A stretch of DNA of 64,000 nucleotides from Sulfolobales archaeon HS-7 (GTDB taxonomy: Archaea > Thermoproteota > Thermoprotei_A > Sulfolobales > Sulfolobaceae), in the NCBI GenBank assembly GCA_019704295.1, contig AP024596.1:2048001-2112000 (forward strand), given 5' to 3'. Shown here piece after piece: positions 21,108 through 31,396 of this stretch. The number at the start of each line of letters is the position of its first letter. Position 1 is the stretch's first letter. The notes under the pieces are model-generated. The model saw only the letters and a program-made list of their open reading frames with translations, was not told the DNA's origin and searched no databases. Position numbers and translations under genes: made by a program.

Positions 21108-21244
21108 AATAAATGAAATAGAAAAATGATTTAAAAACTTTTCTCTTTTCGTTTAATATCTCATCAGGAATAATAGTTGTGAAAAGTGAAGTGGCGTTCG
21201 TGATTCTGTCCTTCCTGATATTTTACTCCCCGATAAAATCCAGG

Positions 21245-21510
21245 GCTCCTTTTCACTTCTTCCTCCCGCCCCTCCTTCTCTTCTGTGCAGTGCCCATGCT
21301 CTTTAGCATTCTGTACTCCTCTATTCTGGTGATCGTTTCTCTCACATCAGTGACTCCTTTCAACTTCTCCACTAACCCTTTCTCGCCCACGTAACTCAAC
21401 CACGTCACTATATAGGCTTACCTCAGGTGGTACTCGACGCAAGCGAGGTCCTCCTTAATATAGCCTCGTCATCTCGTCCTTGAGCTCTTCCACGTTGTGG
21501 GCTACGCCGC
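21245..21510 (-). pseudogene. Decayed DUF5752-like paralog of 11083-11385
   Basis: GVAHNVEELKDE...KLKGVTDVRETITRIEEY fragments with frameshifts. Confidence 0.6.
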
Positions 21511-21574
21511 TGTCAACAGTTTCAGATAAACCGTGAAGTTTGTGTAATTTATACATAAAACATATTTTATAAAT

Positions 21575-21781
21575 CTTGTCACCAGATGTGGATGAGTTTT
21601 CCCGAAAGGTGACAGGGCACAAGATGGCGGGTTTCCCCGCATCGATGAGCAGGTGTGGGTTGGGGTTATCCCGTTAATGAGACGAAGAAGGATGAATGAG
21701 GCAATGCCCCGTAACTTCGGTGAAGTCCAAGGGCTAAGGATTGAGATGAAATGTCATGAAATCTTATGAAGCCCAAACCCC
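21575..21781 (+). mobile_element. Mini IS605/IS1341-type element (left hairpin plus omegaRNA-like right end, no ORF)
   Basis: TGTCACC..GGTGACA hairpin; ends TATGAAGCCCAAACCCC like Sulfolobales tnpB element ends. Confidence 0.55.
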
Positions 21782-21823
21782 TACTACCCTCTCATAAGAC
21801 TTGAAGTAGAAAGGCTCCATTTT

Positions 21824-22354
21824 TCAACCTCGTCTTAATTGGCTTTTTAAAGGGGAAGAGAACGATAGCAGTTGATAATGATAATAATATCCGTGAAATG
21901 AAAGGACCAGCATAACGAACCCCAGGAAGATAGCCGCGCCATTGATAAAAGAGTTATCATACCTATAGTGGGCTAATGCGAACCTCGTCCACTTCCCCTC
22001 TTTCTTTACGTATATCCCTGCCTCAGTGAAAGCGTCAAGAATCATGTGAGAGGGGCCTATCACTATGGATAGGAGCAGAAACCAGGGAATGTCGCCATAA
22101 AGAAAACCCAGAACAAAGAAGGGTATTGACGGGAGCATACCCCACACTGCAGATCTTGGGACCGTGTGGGTCAGCGGAGTCCGGGTAGGTATTGTACCGT
22201 GTCTTGTGTGTATCTCTTTATGTCCCAACCTGTCTATGATGAGGTTTCCAGCCACTGATAGGATCCCTGCTAGGACTAGGTAGTATGAGGTGAAACTACT
22301 GAGAAGCAAGGCGAGGATACCAGCTGTAAACACGTAATGGGTAACGAGTCTCAT
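21824..22354 (-). CDS. DUF1286 / metal-dependent hydrolase-like membrane protein
   Basis: MRLVTH, DRLGH, RTPLTHT, SHMILDAFTEAG. Confidence 0.75.
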   Translation of the reverse strand: MRLVTHYVFTAGILALLLSSFTSYYLVLAGILSVAGNLIIDRLGHKEIHTRHGTIPTRTPLTHTVPRSAVWGMLPSIPFFVLGFLYGDIPWFLLLSIVIGPSHMILDAFTEAGIYVKKEGKWTRFALAHYRYDNSFINGAAIFLGFVMLVLSFHGYYYHYQLLSFSSPLKSQLRRG

Positions 22355-22392
22355 TTCTCATCGATAATTTGCTTTTTTAAAAACCGTTAGTA

Positions 22393-24294
22393 GTGATGAG
22401 TTCAAAAGTAGCTAAGAAAAAGAGGGAACTAAGCCCAGCTGTCTGGTATGAAGTGATAGGAACTCCTTTCTTTCTTGAAGAAGAGAAGCAGAGAGACCAG
22501 CTTCTTAACGACTTCGCTACCGAAATTAAATCGCATAAATACACGGTAGCGTGGGCAATCGGCAAAAAAACACAGATAGAGATAGAGGAGGGATACTTAA
22601 GAAACTCAACCGAAAGTAAATTCTATTTAGGATTTCTAGAGCAAGATGAAAAGCCGATATTATTCAAATATATTAATAGGCATAATACACTCCCAGAGCC
22701 ACGTAAAGAAATAGATTATGTTACAGATACATATATAAAATTTAAGGACGGAACTTATGGACAAGTAGTATGGCTTGCTGGATTTGAAAAACTAGTACTC
22801 GAGGGAATCCTCAGCGTCATCTATCCGCTCGATATTTCGCCATCACAGACAGAAGTGTTTTTAGAAGTAACTACGGATGATGGGAGCGGAAAATTCGAGC
22901 AACGCTTCAGGAGCTATTTAGGTAGTATACTCAGCAGATCAGCTAGGTACATAGCGCATACGAATATCAGCAGTAACTTGCTAGAGCTTAAGAACAACGC
23001 GGATGACTTACAGTCTAGGATAAACGAAGGGAAACAACCAATAGCGATAAGGGGATTTGTTACTGTTATTGATAATGACATTAGCAGTTTAGAAGCTGCA
23101 ACTGAAAAAGTGCAGTTTCAGTTGAATCGATTCGGTGTGAAAACTAAACTACTGAAGAAAATACATTTCATCTTCTATCAGCTAAAGCACGATAGGTTTC
23201 ATGCTTACTGGAAGTATACTACTAACAACTATGCGGCATTACTGTATCCTTTCGGCGTCTTCAGGATTGAAGAACAAGATAGTATCTTTTTGGGATATGA
23301 CAGGATTTCTGGAAACCCGATCTATATCAACCCATGGCTTACTGGAATTTGGAAAACTAACCCTCACGGTCTTATCACTGGTTTATCAGGCAGCGGAAAG
23401 ACTACCACCGCTGGAGTTTTGATTTATCGCGCAGTTAAGAAATATGATCCTTATATATATGTAATCGACCCGATGAATAACTTTTCTAAGTTTTTCCAAA
23501 AATTTGAAATTCCAGCAAAGATAATCACTCTTGAAAAAGAGAAGCCTATGGGACTGGATCCTGTCAAAATCGCAATGAACTCTGGAGGTGTGTTATCAAT
23601 TAACGATTTTGTAGGGATTTTACTAAGCAGTTATAATATTCCACCTCAAGGTAGAGGATTTGTTAAGAAGGAATTAGAAAGTAGTGAAAACACGGAAGAA
23701 GCCGTAGATAGAATCTGTCAGAAAGACGCTGAGATATGTAAGTATGCACAGGATATGGTTACCGGATATGACAGAAATATTTGGGCAGGGGAAGGAATAG
23801 ATTTCGTTTCAAAGAGAATAGTGATCAACCTCGGTGATATGCCAGATTATATGAGGAAAATAGTAATGACACTTCTAACGGCTTCTACTAGAGCAACGCT
23901 TAACAGAATTGATAGAAAAAGTTACAAACCCGTTTTGATGGATGAGGCACACAGGATCTTTGATGATGAATCTTCAGCTTACTTTGTAGAGAAACTGTAC
24001 AGGGAAGGTAGAGCTTTACACGCCTCGACGTGGACCATTACACAGTCAATCCGTGACTATTACTATAATCAAAGAACTGAGACGATACTAACACAAGCAG
24101 AAACCCAAATCTTGATGAACCATGACGGGAGTGAGAAAGATGCCCTGCAGAAGGCTGGCTTAAATGATGAAGAGATAGAATTTCTGACGAACAATCCAGG
24201 GCGGGGCCAGGGAATATTACGGTTAGGAAGTATCAAGACTTTCGTAAATGTGACATTGACGGAAAAAGAACTCGAGGTGTTGAGAACTGAGTAG
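22393..24294 (+). CDS. VirB4/TrbE-like conjugative ATPase
   Basis: NPHGLITGLSGSGKTT Walker A, IDP, MDEAH Walker B, REGR, TQS, GQGIL. Confidence 0.9.
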   Translation: MMSSKVAKKKRELSPAVWYEVIGTPFFLEEEKQRDQLLNDFATEIKSHKYTVAWAIGKKTQIEIEEGYLRNSTESKFYLGFLEQDEKPILFKYINRHNTLPEPRKEIDYVTDTYIKFKDGTYGQVVWLAGFEKLVLEGILSVIYPLDISPSQTEVFLEVTTDDGSGKFEQRFRSYLGSILSRSARYIAHTNISSNLLELKNNADDLQSRINEGKQPIAIRGFVTVIDNDISSLEAATEKVQFQLNRFGVKTKLLKKIHFIFYQLKHDRFHAYWKYTTNNYAALLYPFGVFRIEEQDSIFLGYDRISGNPIYINPWLTGIWKTNPHGLITGLSGSGKTTTAGVLIYRAVKKYDPYIYVIDPMNNFSKFFQKFEIPAKIITLEKEKPMGLDPVKIAMNSGGVLSINDFVGILLSSYNIPPQGRGFVKKELESSENTEEAVDRICQKDAEICKYAQDMVTGYDRNIWAGEGIDFVSKRIVINLGDMPDYMRKIVMTLLTASTRATLNRIDRKSYKPVLMDEAHRIFDDESSAYFVEKLYREGRALHASTWTITQSIRDYYYNQRTETILTQAETQILMNHDGSEKDALQKAGLNDEEIEFLTNNPGRGQGILRLGSIKTFVNVTLTEKELEVLRTE

Positions 24295-24295
24295 A

Positions 24296-24544
24296 ATGCT
24301 AACTATCAAGCAGGTTCTAGATAGGATCATTAGAGTAGCAGAGATGAGGGGATATAACGTGGAGGCCTACGATAATCATCTGATCATTTATGGTGACGAG
24401 TTTAAGACAGACGTTACGGTTATAGATGATAACGTGATAATGATACAATCTCGAGGGTACCCTAAGGATAGGATAGACATCGTAAAAGCCTTTGAGATTG
24501 TAAATAAGAATGATAAAGAGCTAATCGACCTACTAAATTTGTAA
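24296..24544 (+). CDS. hypothetical plasmid protein
   Basis: 82 aa, directly after VirB4. Confidence 0.7.
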   Translation: MLTIKQVLDRIIRVAEMRGYNVEAYDNHLIIYGDEFKTDVTVIDDNVIMIQSRGYPKDRIDIVKAFEIVNKNDKELIDLLNL

Positions 24545-24632
24545 TTTTCTCAAGGAAACTCCCCAGTTTACTGGTAATACCTTTTTTGCATAGAGAAGCC
24601 TGATATAGTGCTATTTTAAATATCACTTATTC

Positions 24633-25469
24633 TTGATGAGCAATTATATAGTGAATAACGAAGGTTTCCTAGTCGATCCAAATACGGGTGAAATTGTAGA
24701 CGAGTTTAGTTATCGTATTGACTATACTAATTTTTATAATACAACTCTATATGAAACTTTAGCTATAAAGAGAATTGAAAGAACTGTTACACAAATACCA
24801 AAAATTAATGTTAAGAGGTACTTAGTATCCTTACTCCCATCGAGACTTAAGGAAGAATTTTTGAGTGGAGCGAGCAAAATCAGTGATAAAGCAGAAGTCT
24901 TTGCACATTTTATTGGCCTTTGTAGAGAATATGGAATAATATTCGACTTCGATAAACTCAGAGAGAGTCTTGATATTAGCAAAATAAGTCTAAGGCGGGC
25001 GAGGAAGGAAATTATGATGAAGAACAAACAGAGGCCGTGGGAAAGGGTTGATAAAATCTTCTTTGAGATAAGTGATGAAATTGAAAGAAAGTATTGGCTT
25101 GCTTCGGTACTTGTTGTAATCGAATATCAGAGACGCGGGATAGAAATAAATATTGATGAAATTAAGAGGCATTTGGAAGTTGAAGTAAAAACAAAAAGTA
25201 GTTATTTGACTTATTTACTTAGAAATGGGAAAAATTCAATACTGGAACCATATCCTTGTTTTAAGTATATGTTATGCCCTCACGCAGCTCTTTCGAAAAT
25301 AAAGTTTAGTAAGAAAAAATTCGTTGTAATGCACTTAGGTAAGGAAGAAAATTGTTGTTTTGTTGTATCCGCGAAGAAAGTCGAGAGAATACTTTCTAAA
25401 ATGGAAGTACATTATGAGGCGATGAAAAATAAGGAAAATACAGTTCAGTTACCTCAAGTCAATCAGTAG
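24633..25469 (+). CDS. TFIIB-ribbon-like plasmid protein
   Basis: EGFLVDPNTGEIVDE resembles a TFB Zn-ribbon without Cys, followed by a helical region. Confidence 0.55.
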   Translation: MMSNYIVNNEGFLVDPNTGEIVDEFSYRIDYTNFYNTTLYETLAIKRIERTVTQIPKINVKRYLVSLLPSRLKEEFLSGASKISDKAEVFAHFIGLCREYGIIFDFDKLRESLDISKISLRRARKEIMMKNKQRPWERVDKIFFEISDEIERKYWLASVLVVIEYQRRGIEINIDEIKRHLEVEVKTKSSYLTYLLRNGKNSILEPYPCFKYMLCPHAALSKIKFSKKKFVVMHLGKEENCCFVVSAKKVERILSKMEVHYEAMKNKENTVQLPQVNQ

Positions 25470-25539
25470 CTCAGATGAAGCACTGTTCTCTGGTCTCAGT
25501 AAGGAAATCAAGACAAAACAGATTCTAGTCTTTGCAGGA

Positions 25540-25944
25540 TTGGCAATAATCGCGTTAATAGTCGTCCATAGAAGCGTTATCCTAGCAATCCCGTTCTTTC
25601 TTGCCGGCATAGTCTATGTGAATTATTCAGATGATATAATGCCCCTCTCAAATTACTTAGCTACGCTCCAGGAATATAGAAAACTTAAACAACCAAAAAT
25701 TCAAAAACAAAAAGTAGAACGGGAGAAAGAAAGGAATATTAAACTACCAAAAATTCCTACCGAAGTTCAACTTGTTATGGTATCAGTAGTTTCAATAGCA
25801 TCGGGATTTTACGGCATATATCAGTCGTTTTCTATAAACATAATAGGTATAATAGTGGGAAGTGTTCTAGTAGGATTAGGGCTTGTGATTCTATTGGCCA
25901 TCGTTTCACCCCTTTTAAATGGGATATTAAATGAAGGAAGATGA
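25540..25944 (+). CDS. membrane protein, possibly PrgI/VirB3-like
   Basis: Four hydrophobic segments; frame open upstream (SKEIKTKQIL), so true start uncertain. Confidence 0.6.
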   Translation: MAIIALIVVHRSVILAIPFFLAGIVYVNYSDDIMPLSNYLATLQEYRKLKQPKIQKQKVEREKERNIKLPKIPTEVQLVMVSVVSIASGFYGIYQSFSINIIGIIVGSVLVGLGLVILLAIVSPLLNGILNEGR

Positions 25945-26189
25945 AGTGGTTTAGGAGATATCATAGCGAGGGATTCGGTCTTAAGACAATGATATCAGGG
26001 GCCGCAGCAGGTTTGATGTTCGCTTTCGCAGCAAGCCCAACGACAATAGCAACTTTGTTCGGCGGTACATGGCCTAACTACGTCCCACAAGCTCCGTTCC
26101 AGATCTTCAGTGCGATAGCAGGGATCGGATTAGGGTATGAAACCTTCCATCTCTATAGAGAATATCAAAAATTAATTAGAAAAAAGTGA
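25941..26189 (+). CDS. small 2-TM protein (pilin candidate)
   Basis: 82 aa, Gly/Ala-rich hydrophobic helices, ATGA coupling. Confidence 0.6.
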   Translation: MKWFRRYHSEGFGLKTMISGAAAGLMFAFAASPTTIATLFGGTWPNYVPQAPFQIFSAIAGIGLGYETFHLYREYQKLIRKK

Positions 26190-26756
26190 CTTAAGAAACA
26201 GTCTGAATAAAGATACACCTTTTTTATAATATTCTTCATTTATTCTTACTTTTTCTGGCGGATGACTCCAAAATATCCAGTGTAATAGTAGTCCAAGTTT
26301 ATTCTTCTCTAGTTTAATCGGAGTATACTTTCGTCCTGTGATTTCATAAGCGAAAATATCAGCTCTTCTCTCTTCATTTTTCTTACGCCACTTTACTATG
26401 ATGAACATAACAAAAGCCGTCAGCCAGTTCCATGGTAAGCTTAGCAAAAATAGGGGAAAGATTACTACTGATGTCAGTAAAGGATCAAGTAAGAAATTAT
26501 CATGGATTAAATGTCCCAGTTCATGATAATATGCCGCCTTATCTTCTTCAATTCCTCTATAGAGAATTTTCTTTCCATTTAACATCTTATAGGAAAAATA
26601 ACCGCGTGCGGGACACTCATAAAACTCGATATTAAAGAGGGATCGCTTAACGCAGATAGACTGTTTAGCGTCTCTATATGCCCTAATCTCACTTTGTAGC
26701 ATTAGAAATAGAAATGCTCCCGTATAAGTTATTACTACAAGTATGGTTTCCATCAT
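26172..26756 (-). CDS. M48-like membrane Zn metalloprotease
   Basis: HELGH, EERRADIFA, SHPP..R. Confidence 0.8.
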   Translation of the reverse strand: MMETILVVITYTGAFLFLMLQSEIRAYRDAKQSICVKRSLFNIEFYECPARGYFSYKMLNGKKILYRGIEEDKAAYYHELGHLIHDNFLLDPLLTSVVIFPLFLLSLPWNWLTAFVMFIIVKWRKKNEERRADIFAYEITGRKYTPIKLEKNKLGLLLHWIFWSHPPEKVRINEEYYKKGVSLFRLFLKSLFSN

Positions 26757-26785
26757 TTTTAACAGTTTTAAAAAATAGAGGAAGA

Positions 26786-28699
26786 ATGAGCTATCCTAAC
26801 CACCATACTATACAGAGAATGAGTGTGTTAATCGTAGGAATAATATTAGTGCTAGGAATAGTAGCAATGCTTGCAAATTATAAGCCCTCTCAGACTGGAC
26901 CTATCGCTATCCAAAATCCTTCACCGACGATAACAACACCTCCCCTGAACGTCACTCCTCCTAAACTGAACATAACTAATTTCACTGCGACTTACAGTTT
27001 TACTAATGCAGTAGAATCGCTTAATGCTACAGACATCTATACTTTCAATTCTACTAAGTTGCTTGAGTTTGAATACGCATATAACCCGCTTGCGTCGACT
27101 GTAGCTGATATACTTTCACTTTCAGCTAGCCAGGTAACGCCGTGGACTTATTCTGAATTATATAACATTTTAGACTCTAAATACACTCATTGGACTTCTA
27201 CTAGAACAGTGTCAATGTACTATTATCCGATGAACATGAGCATGAACACGATATATCTGAATTTTGCATTTCAAACTAATCCTCAGTTTGTTAATGCTTA
27301 TGAACAATTAAATAGAAATTATCCGTTTCCACCTTCAGACAATATCACGGTAAACTCCCCAGTTTACCGCATAATTAACAAAACTTCTGTAACAACTAGC
27401 GTAAATGTTCAATTTAGCAATTATACATATTTAATATATAATTATACTTACAAGAGCGGCAATACGGTATATGAATATTTATATTATGACTCGTCCGTAG
27501 AGGGATACGCTTATCTTTATGCTAATAATCAACTGATAAATTCTCAATATTTCTATTATAACTTCTACTGGTGGGGTGGGAGTTACACTAACACGCTCTA
27601 CGGTGAAGTAACAGTTCCACCTGGCATGATGAAACAAGTTTACGCAGATTACACTATCTTAATGTCACCTGGTTATGGTTTTCAAGAAAAACAGCAGGGG
27701 AATGTAACTTACTACATTTACAAGTATTATCCAGCAGGGCCATACGTATCAATGTTAGGTTATATGTTTAATTGGTACGAATATAATGTATTGTTACAGA
27801 TAAAAATTCTAGTTTATAATGGTAGTAATCCAGTAACTTACGTTAATAACCAGACCTATAACTCTAGAACTATTAACGTAATAGTTTCATATAATGTATG
27901 GAGTTCAGACCCTAAAACTTATACAAATACTATAAAAACACTAGACCATATAATGTTTTTAAAGTATAATTTAACTAGAATATGGCACGCAGGGAGTATA
28001 ACAATTAACCCGACCTGTTATATACAACAAATCGGAAATGCCGTTAATTATTATCTTAATTTTAACATACAAAATGATATTATCGAACCGCCTTCATACA
28101 TTTTCCATCCAGTTCATCAACTGAACGAAACGACAGTGCTGCAGTGGAGCTACTTCCTCAATAACTATATTGTTGTCAAGGGGCTGTATAACGCAGTGCA
28201 CGAAAACATAGACGAATTCAATTATATCCTTCCACAGTTTGTAACATCTGTCTATAAAGAGAATCTAACATTGCGTACGATAACTATAGCTAGCTTTATT
28301 GAGCCATGGAATGTTTCCCAGGTGACCCTAAACGTATCTGGCGTCTTAGCAAAAAGTAATATGATCTTTATTCCAGTCAATATAACACCTAATACTTCAT
28401 ATAGTATAATCTATTCCGCGCTGGGATCTATTTATACAATACCCAACGTGACTTTACTAAGCTATGAATGGAATAATATGACGGGATCTGGGTACTTTCC
28501 ACCTTTAGTCGAGAACGAACTGTACAACGGAACTATTCCACCTCCAATCTATGCTCCATTCATGAAAAATATAGTGTTGAACTACGGATACTATTGGCCA
28601 TATCGACTACCTTATGTAGAATTTTCGATTCAACAATTACAGAAAAATTACGAATATTGGTACAACCCCGCATGGCCTGGCTGGTTCCCAATAAGCTAA
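26786..28699 (+). CDS. Membrane-anchored Tyr/Asn/Thr-rich surface protein of the transfer region
   Basis: N-terminal TM, many N-x-S/T sequons; start placed at MSYPN. Confidence 0.75.
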   Translation: MSYPNHHTIQRMSVLIVGIILVLGIVAMLANYKPSQTGPIAIQNPSPTITTPPLNVTPPKLNITNFTATYSFTNAVESLNATDIYTFNSTKLLEFEYAYNPLASTVADILSLSASQVTPWTYSELYNILDSKYTHWTSTRTVSMYYYPMNMSMNTIYLNFAFQTNPQFVNAYEQLNRNYPFPPSDNITVNSPVYRIINKTSVTTSVNVQFSNYTYLIYNYTYKSGNTVYEYLYYDSSVEGYAYLYANNQLINSQYFYYNFYWWGGSYTNTLYGEVTVPPGMMKQVYADYTILMSPGYGFQEKQQGNVTYYIYKYYPAGPYVSMLGYMFNWYEYNVLLQIKILVYNGSNPVTYVNNQTYNSRTINVIVSYNVWSSDPKTYTNTIKTLDHIMFLKYNLTRIWHAGSITINPTCYIQQIGNAVNYYLNFNIQNDIIEPPSYIFHPVHQLNETTVLQWSYFLNNYIVVKGLYNAVHENIDEFNYILPQFVTSVYKENLTLRTITIASFIEPWNVSQVTLNVSGVLAKSNMIFIPVNITPNTSYSIIYSALGSIYTIPNVTLLSYEWNNMTGSGYFPPLVENELYNGTIPPPIYAPFMKNIVLNYGYYWPYRLPYVEFSIQQLQKNYEYWYNPAWPGWFPIS

Positions 28700-28858
28700 G
28701 TCAATTTAATTTTTTATCAGTAAACTGGGGAGTTATTTCAAATTTTCTTACGTTCTTCTTCTAACGTTAGGATCCTTCCTCATATACTTAACAATTTTTT
28801 AACATTCAATGAGAATAATCAATATATCATTTTTAAATACTATTATCTCTGAGGCAAA

Positions 28859-30823
28859 GTGAAGCTAGATAAGAAAAAGAAACTAATCAAACAAATCTGG
28901 TTAGCTTTCTTCATTATTCTAATAATGAATAATGTAATATCTGATACATTGCTAGTATTTGGCCAAGCACCCCCAGGGCCTAACCCCTTCTATGGATATC
29001 TTCCAGAACTAGTTCCGCTTGGATATCTGCTTGCAGGTGTATTATTCATATTAGGACTAATAGCATACAGAAAAGACTTCAGCTACGCAATCGTACTGAT
29101 TAGTGCGGCGGCCCTAGTAGCAGGATTATTGAATTATGCAGTAGCGTCAACGGGAGGAGTGAATGGCAATATTTTACACGTAGTTCCGGTTCAAGTCCAA
29201 ATAACAGTCAAATACAACGGTCAAATAGTGGCAATTTATCCGGAATCCAATATAGGGAGTTTTGAAGCACCGTTAAACCAAAAATACACCGTCACAGTGA
29301 CTACTAATCCTCCCACTCCTATCTCTGAATTTCTATTTTATGAAGGACAAACCATATTTTTCAACGATTCCGGGCAAACTTCGTATAGTTATACATATGT
29401 AACTTCACCGGCTTTCGCAGGAACTAATACGTTAATTGTTGAAGTTAGTCATGTTAAAGGTAATACTCTCTACTACGGTTACGGATACGTCGATTTCCGG
29501 TATTTGCCAAAAGCGGGAGGTATATATGAAGACGTATTAGCGGCCTTGATGGTGGTATCCGGAATAAGCGCATTTACTGGGGGTTCCGGTACACAATTAC
29601 TAAGCGGGGCAATAGGTGGTGCAATAAATAACTTTGTGGTCACGCCAACAATAGGTGGAAACGGAGCGAGTGGCCAAGCAGGGAACTTCTTCTTCTATTT
29701 CCAAGAGTTAGCGGAAGCAATAGGGTTTGTATTCATAGCCCTGGGAATAGGAATTAATGCCATCAGAGGTGGATACAGCGATATGGTAGATTTAGGCATG
29801 GATTTCTTCTATAGAACAGGAATTTTTCTGTTATTTACCTACGGAGGGATACAGATATTTAACGCAATAGCAAATTCGCTAAATCAGATATCAGAGTATA
29901 TAGTTTCGTCACAGATAGGACCAATCTCAAATGTACTAGCACTATGGACAGAACTGGGAATAGGTCTTCTCACAGGCGCTAATTTCATCGGATTTGGTCT
30001 GGGAAGAACGCTCGCTAGTTTAGCTATGTTCATCTTCGAAGTTGATATCGCTATCTTCTCGATAAGCTATCTGAGAGTAGTGTTGATCTACGCTTTGGCT
30101 AGCATGATCCCTCTAATAGCAGCTCTCTGGACGTTTGAATGGACTAGAGGGATTTCATTGGCTCTAACGGAAATTCTCGCAGGATTAGTGTTTGGAGGTC
30201 TATTAGACGCGTTGATCCTTTATTTCCTAGTACAGGTTGGAGGATTAGCCTTCTTTGCCTTTGCCCCAGCCGCTCTAATCGCATTCTTCATGACGGGGTG
30301 GGGAGCCCATCAAATGGTAAAATCTGTCGGGCTTTCATCGTCGTCCAGAATAAACCCTGGTTATACTCCATCTGGAGGGTCAGGATCTGGAGGATCAGGG
30401 AGTCAGCAAGGGAGGCAACAAACCCAAAACGTTCCGGTCACGCAGATAGTTACGCCACAACAAGTTCCTCAACAACAAGTTACGCCACAACAAGTTCCTC
30501 AACAACAAACAGTTTCCACGCAAGATGCTATACAGCAGTTAGGAGAAGCCACTACACTGAGGCTAGACAATGGAAGTAGATACGCGACTATAACAGCAGT
30601 AAGAGGAGGTTATCAAATCACCAAGGGTATGAGGACAAGTTCCGGGGAAGTTGAGAAGACTTATGTCATCCCCGCTAAAGCTAGCATTACAGAGGTAGCC
30701 CAGGGTGTACAAAAGAACTTTGTAAATAAGACGCCCCCAGAAATAAATCCAGAACTTATGGGGCAATTACTTAGATCGGTCGAAAGTAACAATATAAATA
30801 ATGAAAGCGTTAAATTAGGATAG
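28859..30823 (+). CDS. VirB6/TrbL-like polytopic conjugation membrane protein
   Basis: ~10 TM segments, extracellular beta domain, G/S/Q-rich linker, next to the coupling ATPase cluster. Confidence 0.7.
   Translation: MKLDKKKKLIKQIWLAFFIILIMNNVISDTLLVFGQAPPGPNPFYGYLPELVPLGYLLAGVLFILGLIAYRKDFSYAIVLISAAALVAGLLNYAVASTGGVNGNILHVVPVQVQITVKYNGQIVAIYPESNIGSFEAPLNQKYTVTVTTNPPTPISEFLFYEGQTIFFNDSGQTSYSYTYVTSPAFAGTNTLIVEVSHVKGNTLYYGYGYVDFRYLPKAGGIYEDVLAALMVVSGISAFTGGSGTQLLSGAIGGAINNFVVTPTIGGNGASGQAGNFFFYFQELAEAIGFVFIALGIGINAIRGGYSDMVDLGMDFFYRTGIFLLFTYGGIQIFNAIANSLNQISEYIVSSQIGPISNVLALWTELGIGLLTGANFIGFGLGRTLASLAMFIFEVDIAIFSISYLRVVLIYALASMIPLIAALWTFEWTRGISLALTEILAGLVFGGLLDALILYFLVQVGGLAFFAFAPAALIAFFMTGWGAHQMVKSVGLSSSSRINPGYTPSGGSGSGGSGSQQGRQQTQNVPVTQIVTPQQVPQQQVTPQQVPQQQTVSTQDAIQQLGEATTLRLDNGSRYATITAVRGGYQITKGMRTSSGEVEKTYVIPAKASITEVAQGVQKNFVNKTPPEINPELMGQLLRSVESNNINNESVKLG
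30448..30507 (+). repeat. 30-bp perfect tandem duplication (VTPQQVPQQQ x2)
   Basis: AGTTACGCCACAACAAGTTCCTCAACAACA twice. Confidence 0.9.
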
Positions 30824-30833
30824 GTGATGAATA

Positions 30834-31316
30834 ATGGACAAGAAGATAATAATCGGAATAGTTGTTGTAGTAGTTATAGTAATAGGAGTACTAGCATTAA
30901 TGGTAGGACATAAAAATATGACCAGTACTACGCAGCATCCTACAAGCACTCCTACGACAAATACGACATCAACTTATACTTCAACTACTACAATTTCTTC
31001 AACAACTAACATATCAACGACAAGTACTGTTACAGGATTAAAGCCTTTCACAGTATACTTTCTAAATGACACAAACGGCACATATTATTACGTTGCAACA
31101 TTTAACACAACTCTTCCAGCGCAGATTATCATGCTAGCATGGAATAACCACGATGTCCAGGCGTACCAACATGTATTTGACGGTTATATTATCGCAGTTT
31201 TCGGTTTACCTGAATATATAAATAGTTCGATACCGTTGGTATTCGTCCTTAATAACGGCGGAGACATAGGCTATAATTTTGCGTACGGCGGACAATGGAC
31301 CTTCGGTTCTATTTAA
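30834..31316 (+). CDS. membrane-anchored Thr-rich protein
   Basis: Signal anchor, Thr/Ser linker, beta domain; AGGTGA RBS. Confidence 0.8.
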   Translation: MDKKIIIGIVVVVVIVIGVLALMVGHKNMTSTTQHPTSTPTTNTTSTYTSTTTISSTTNISTTSTVTGLKPFTVYFLNDTNGTYYYVATFNTTLPAQIIMLAWNNHDVQAYQHVFDGYIIAVFGLPEYINSSIPLVFVLNNGGDIGYNFAYGGQWTFGSI

Positions 31317-31396
31317 CTCTTATAAGGGGCTGAGCCCTTTTTCATATTGATAGAAATCTTTTTATATTCATTTATATTGGATTAATTGATAATTAT

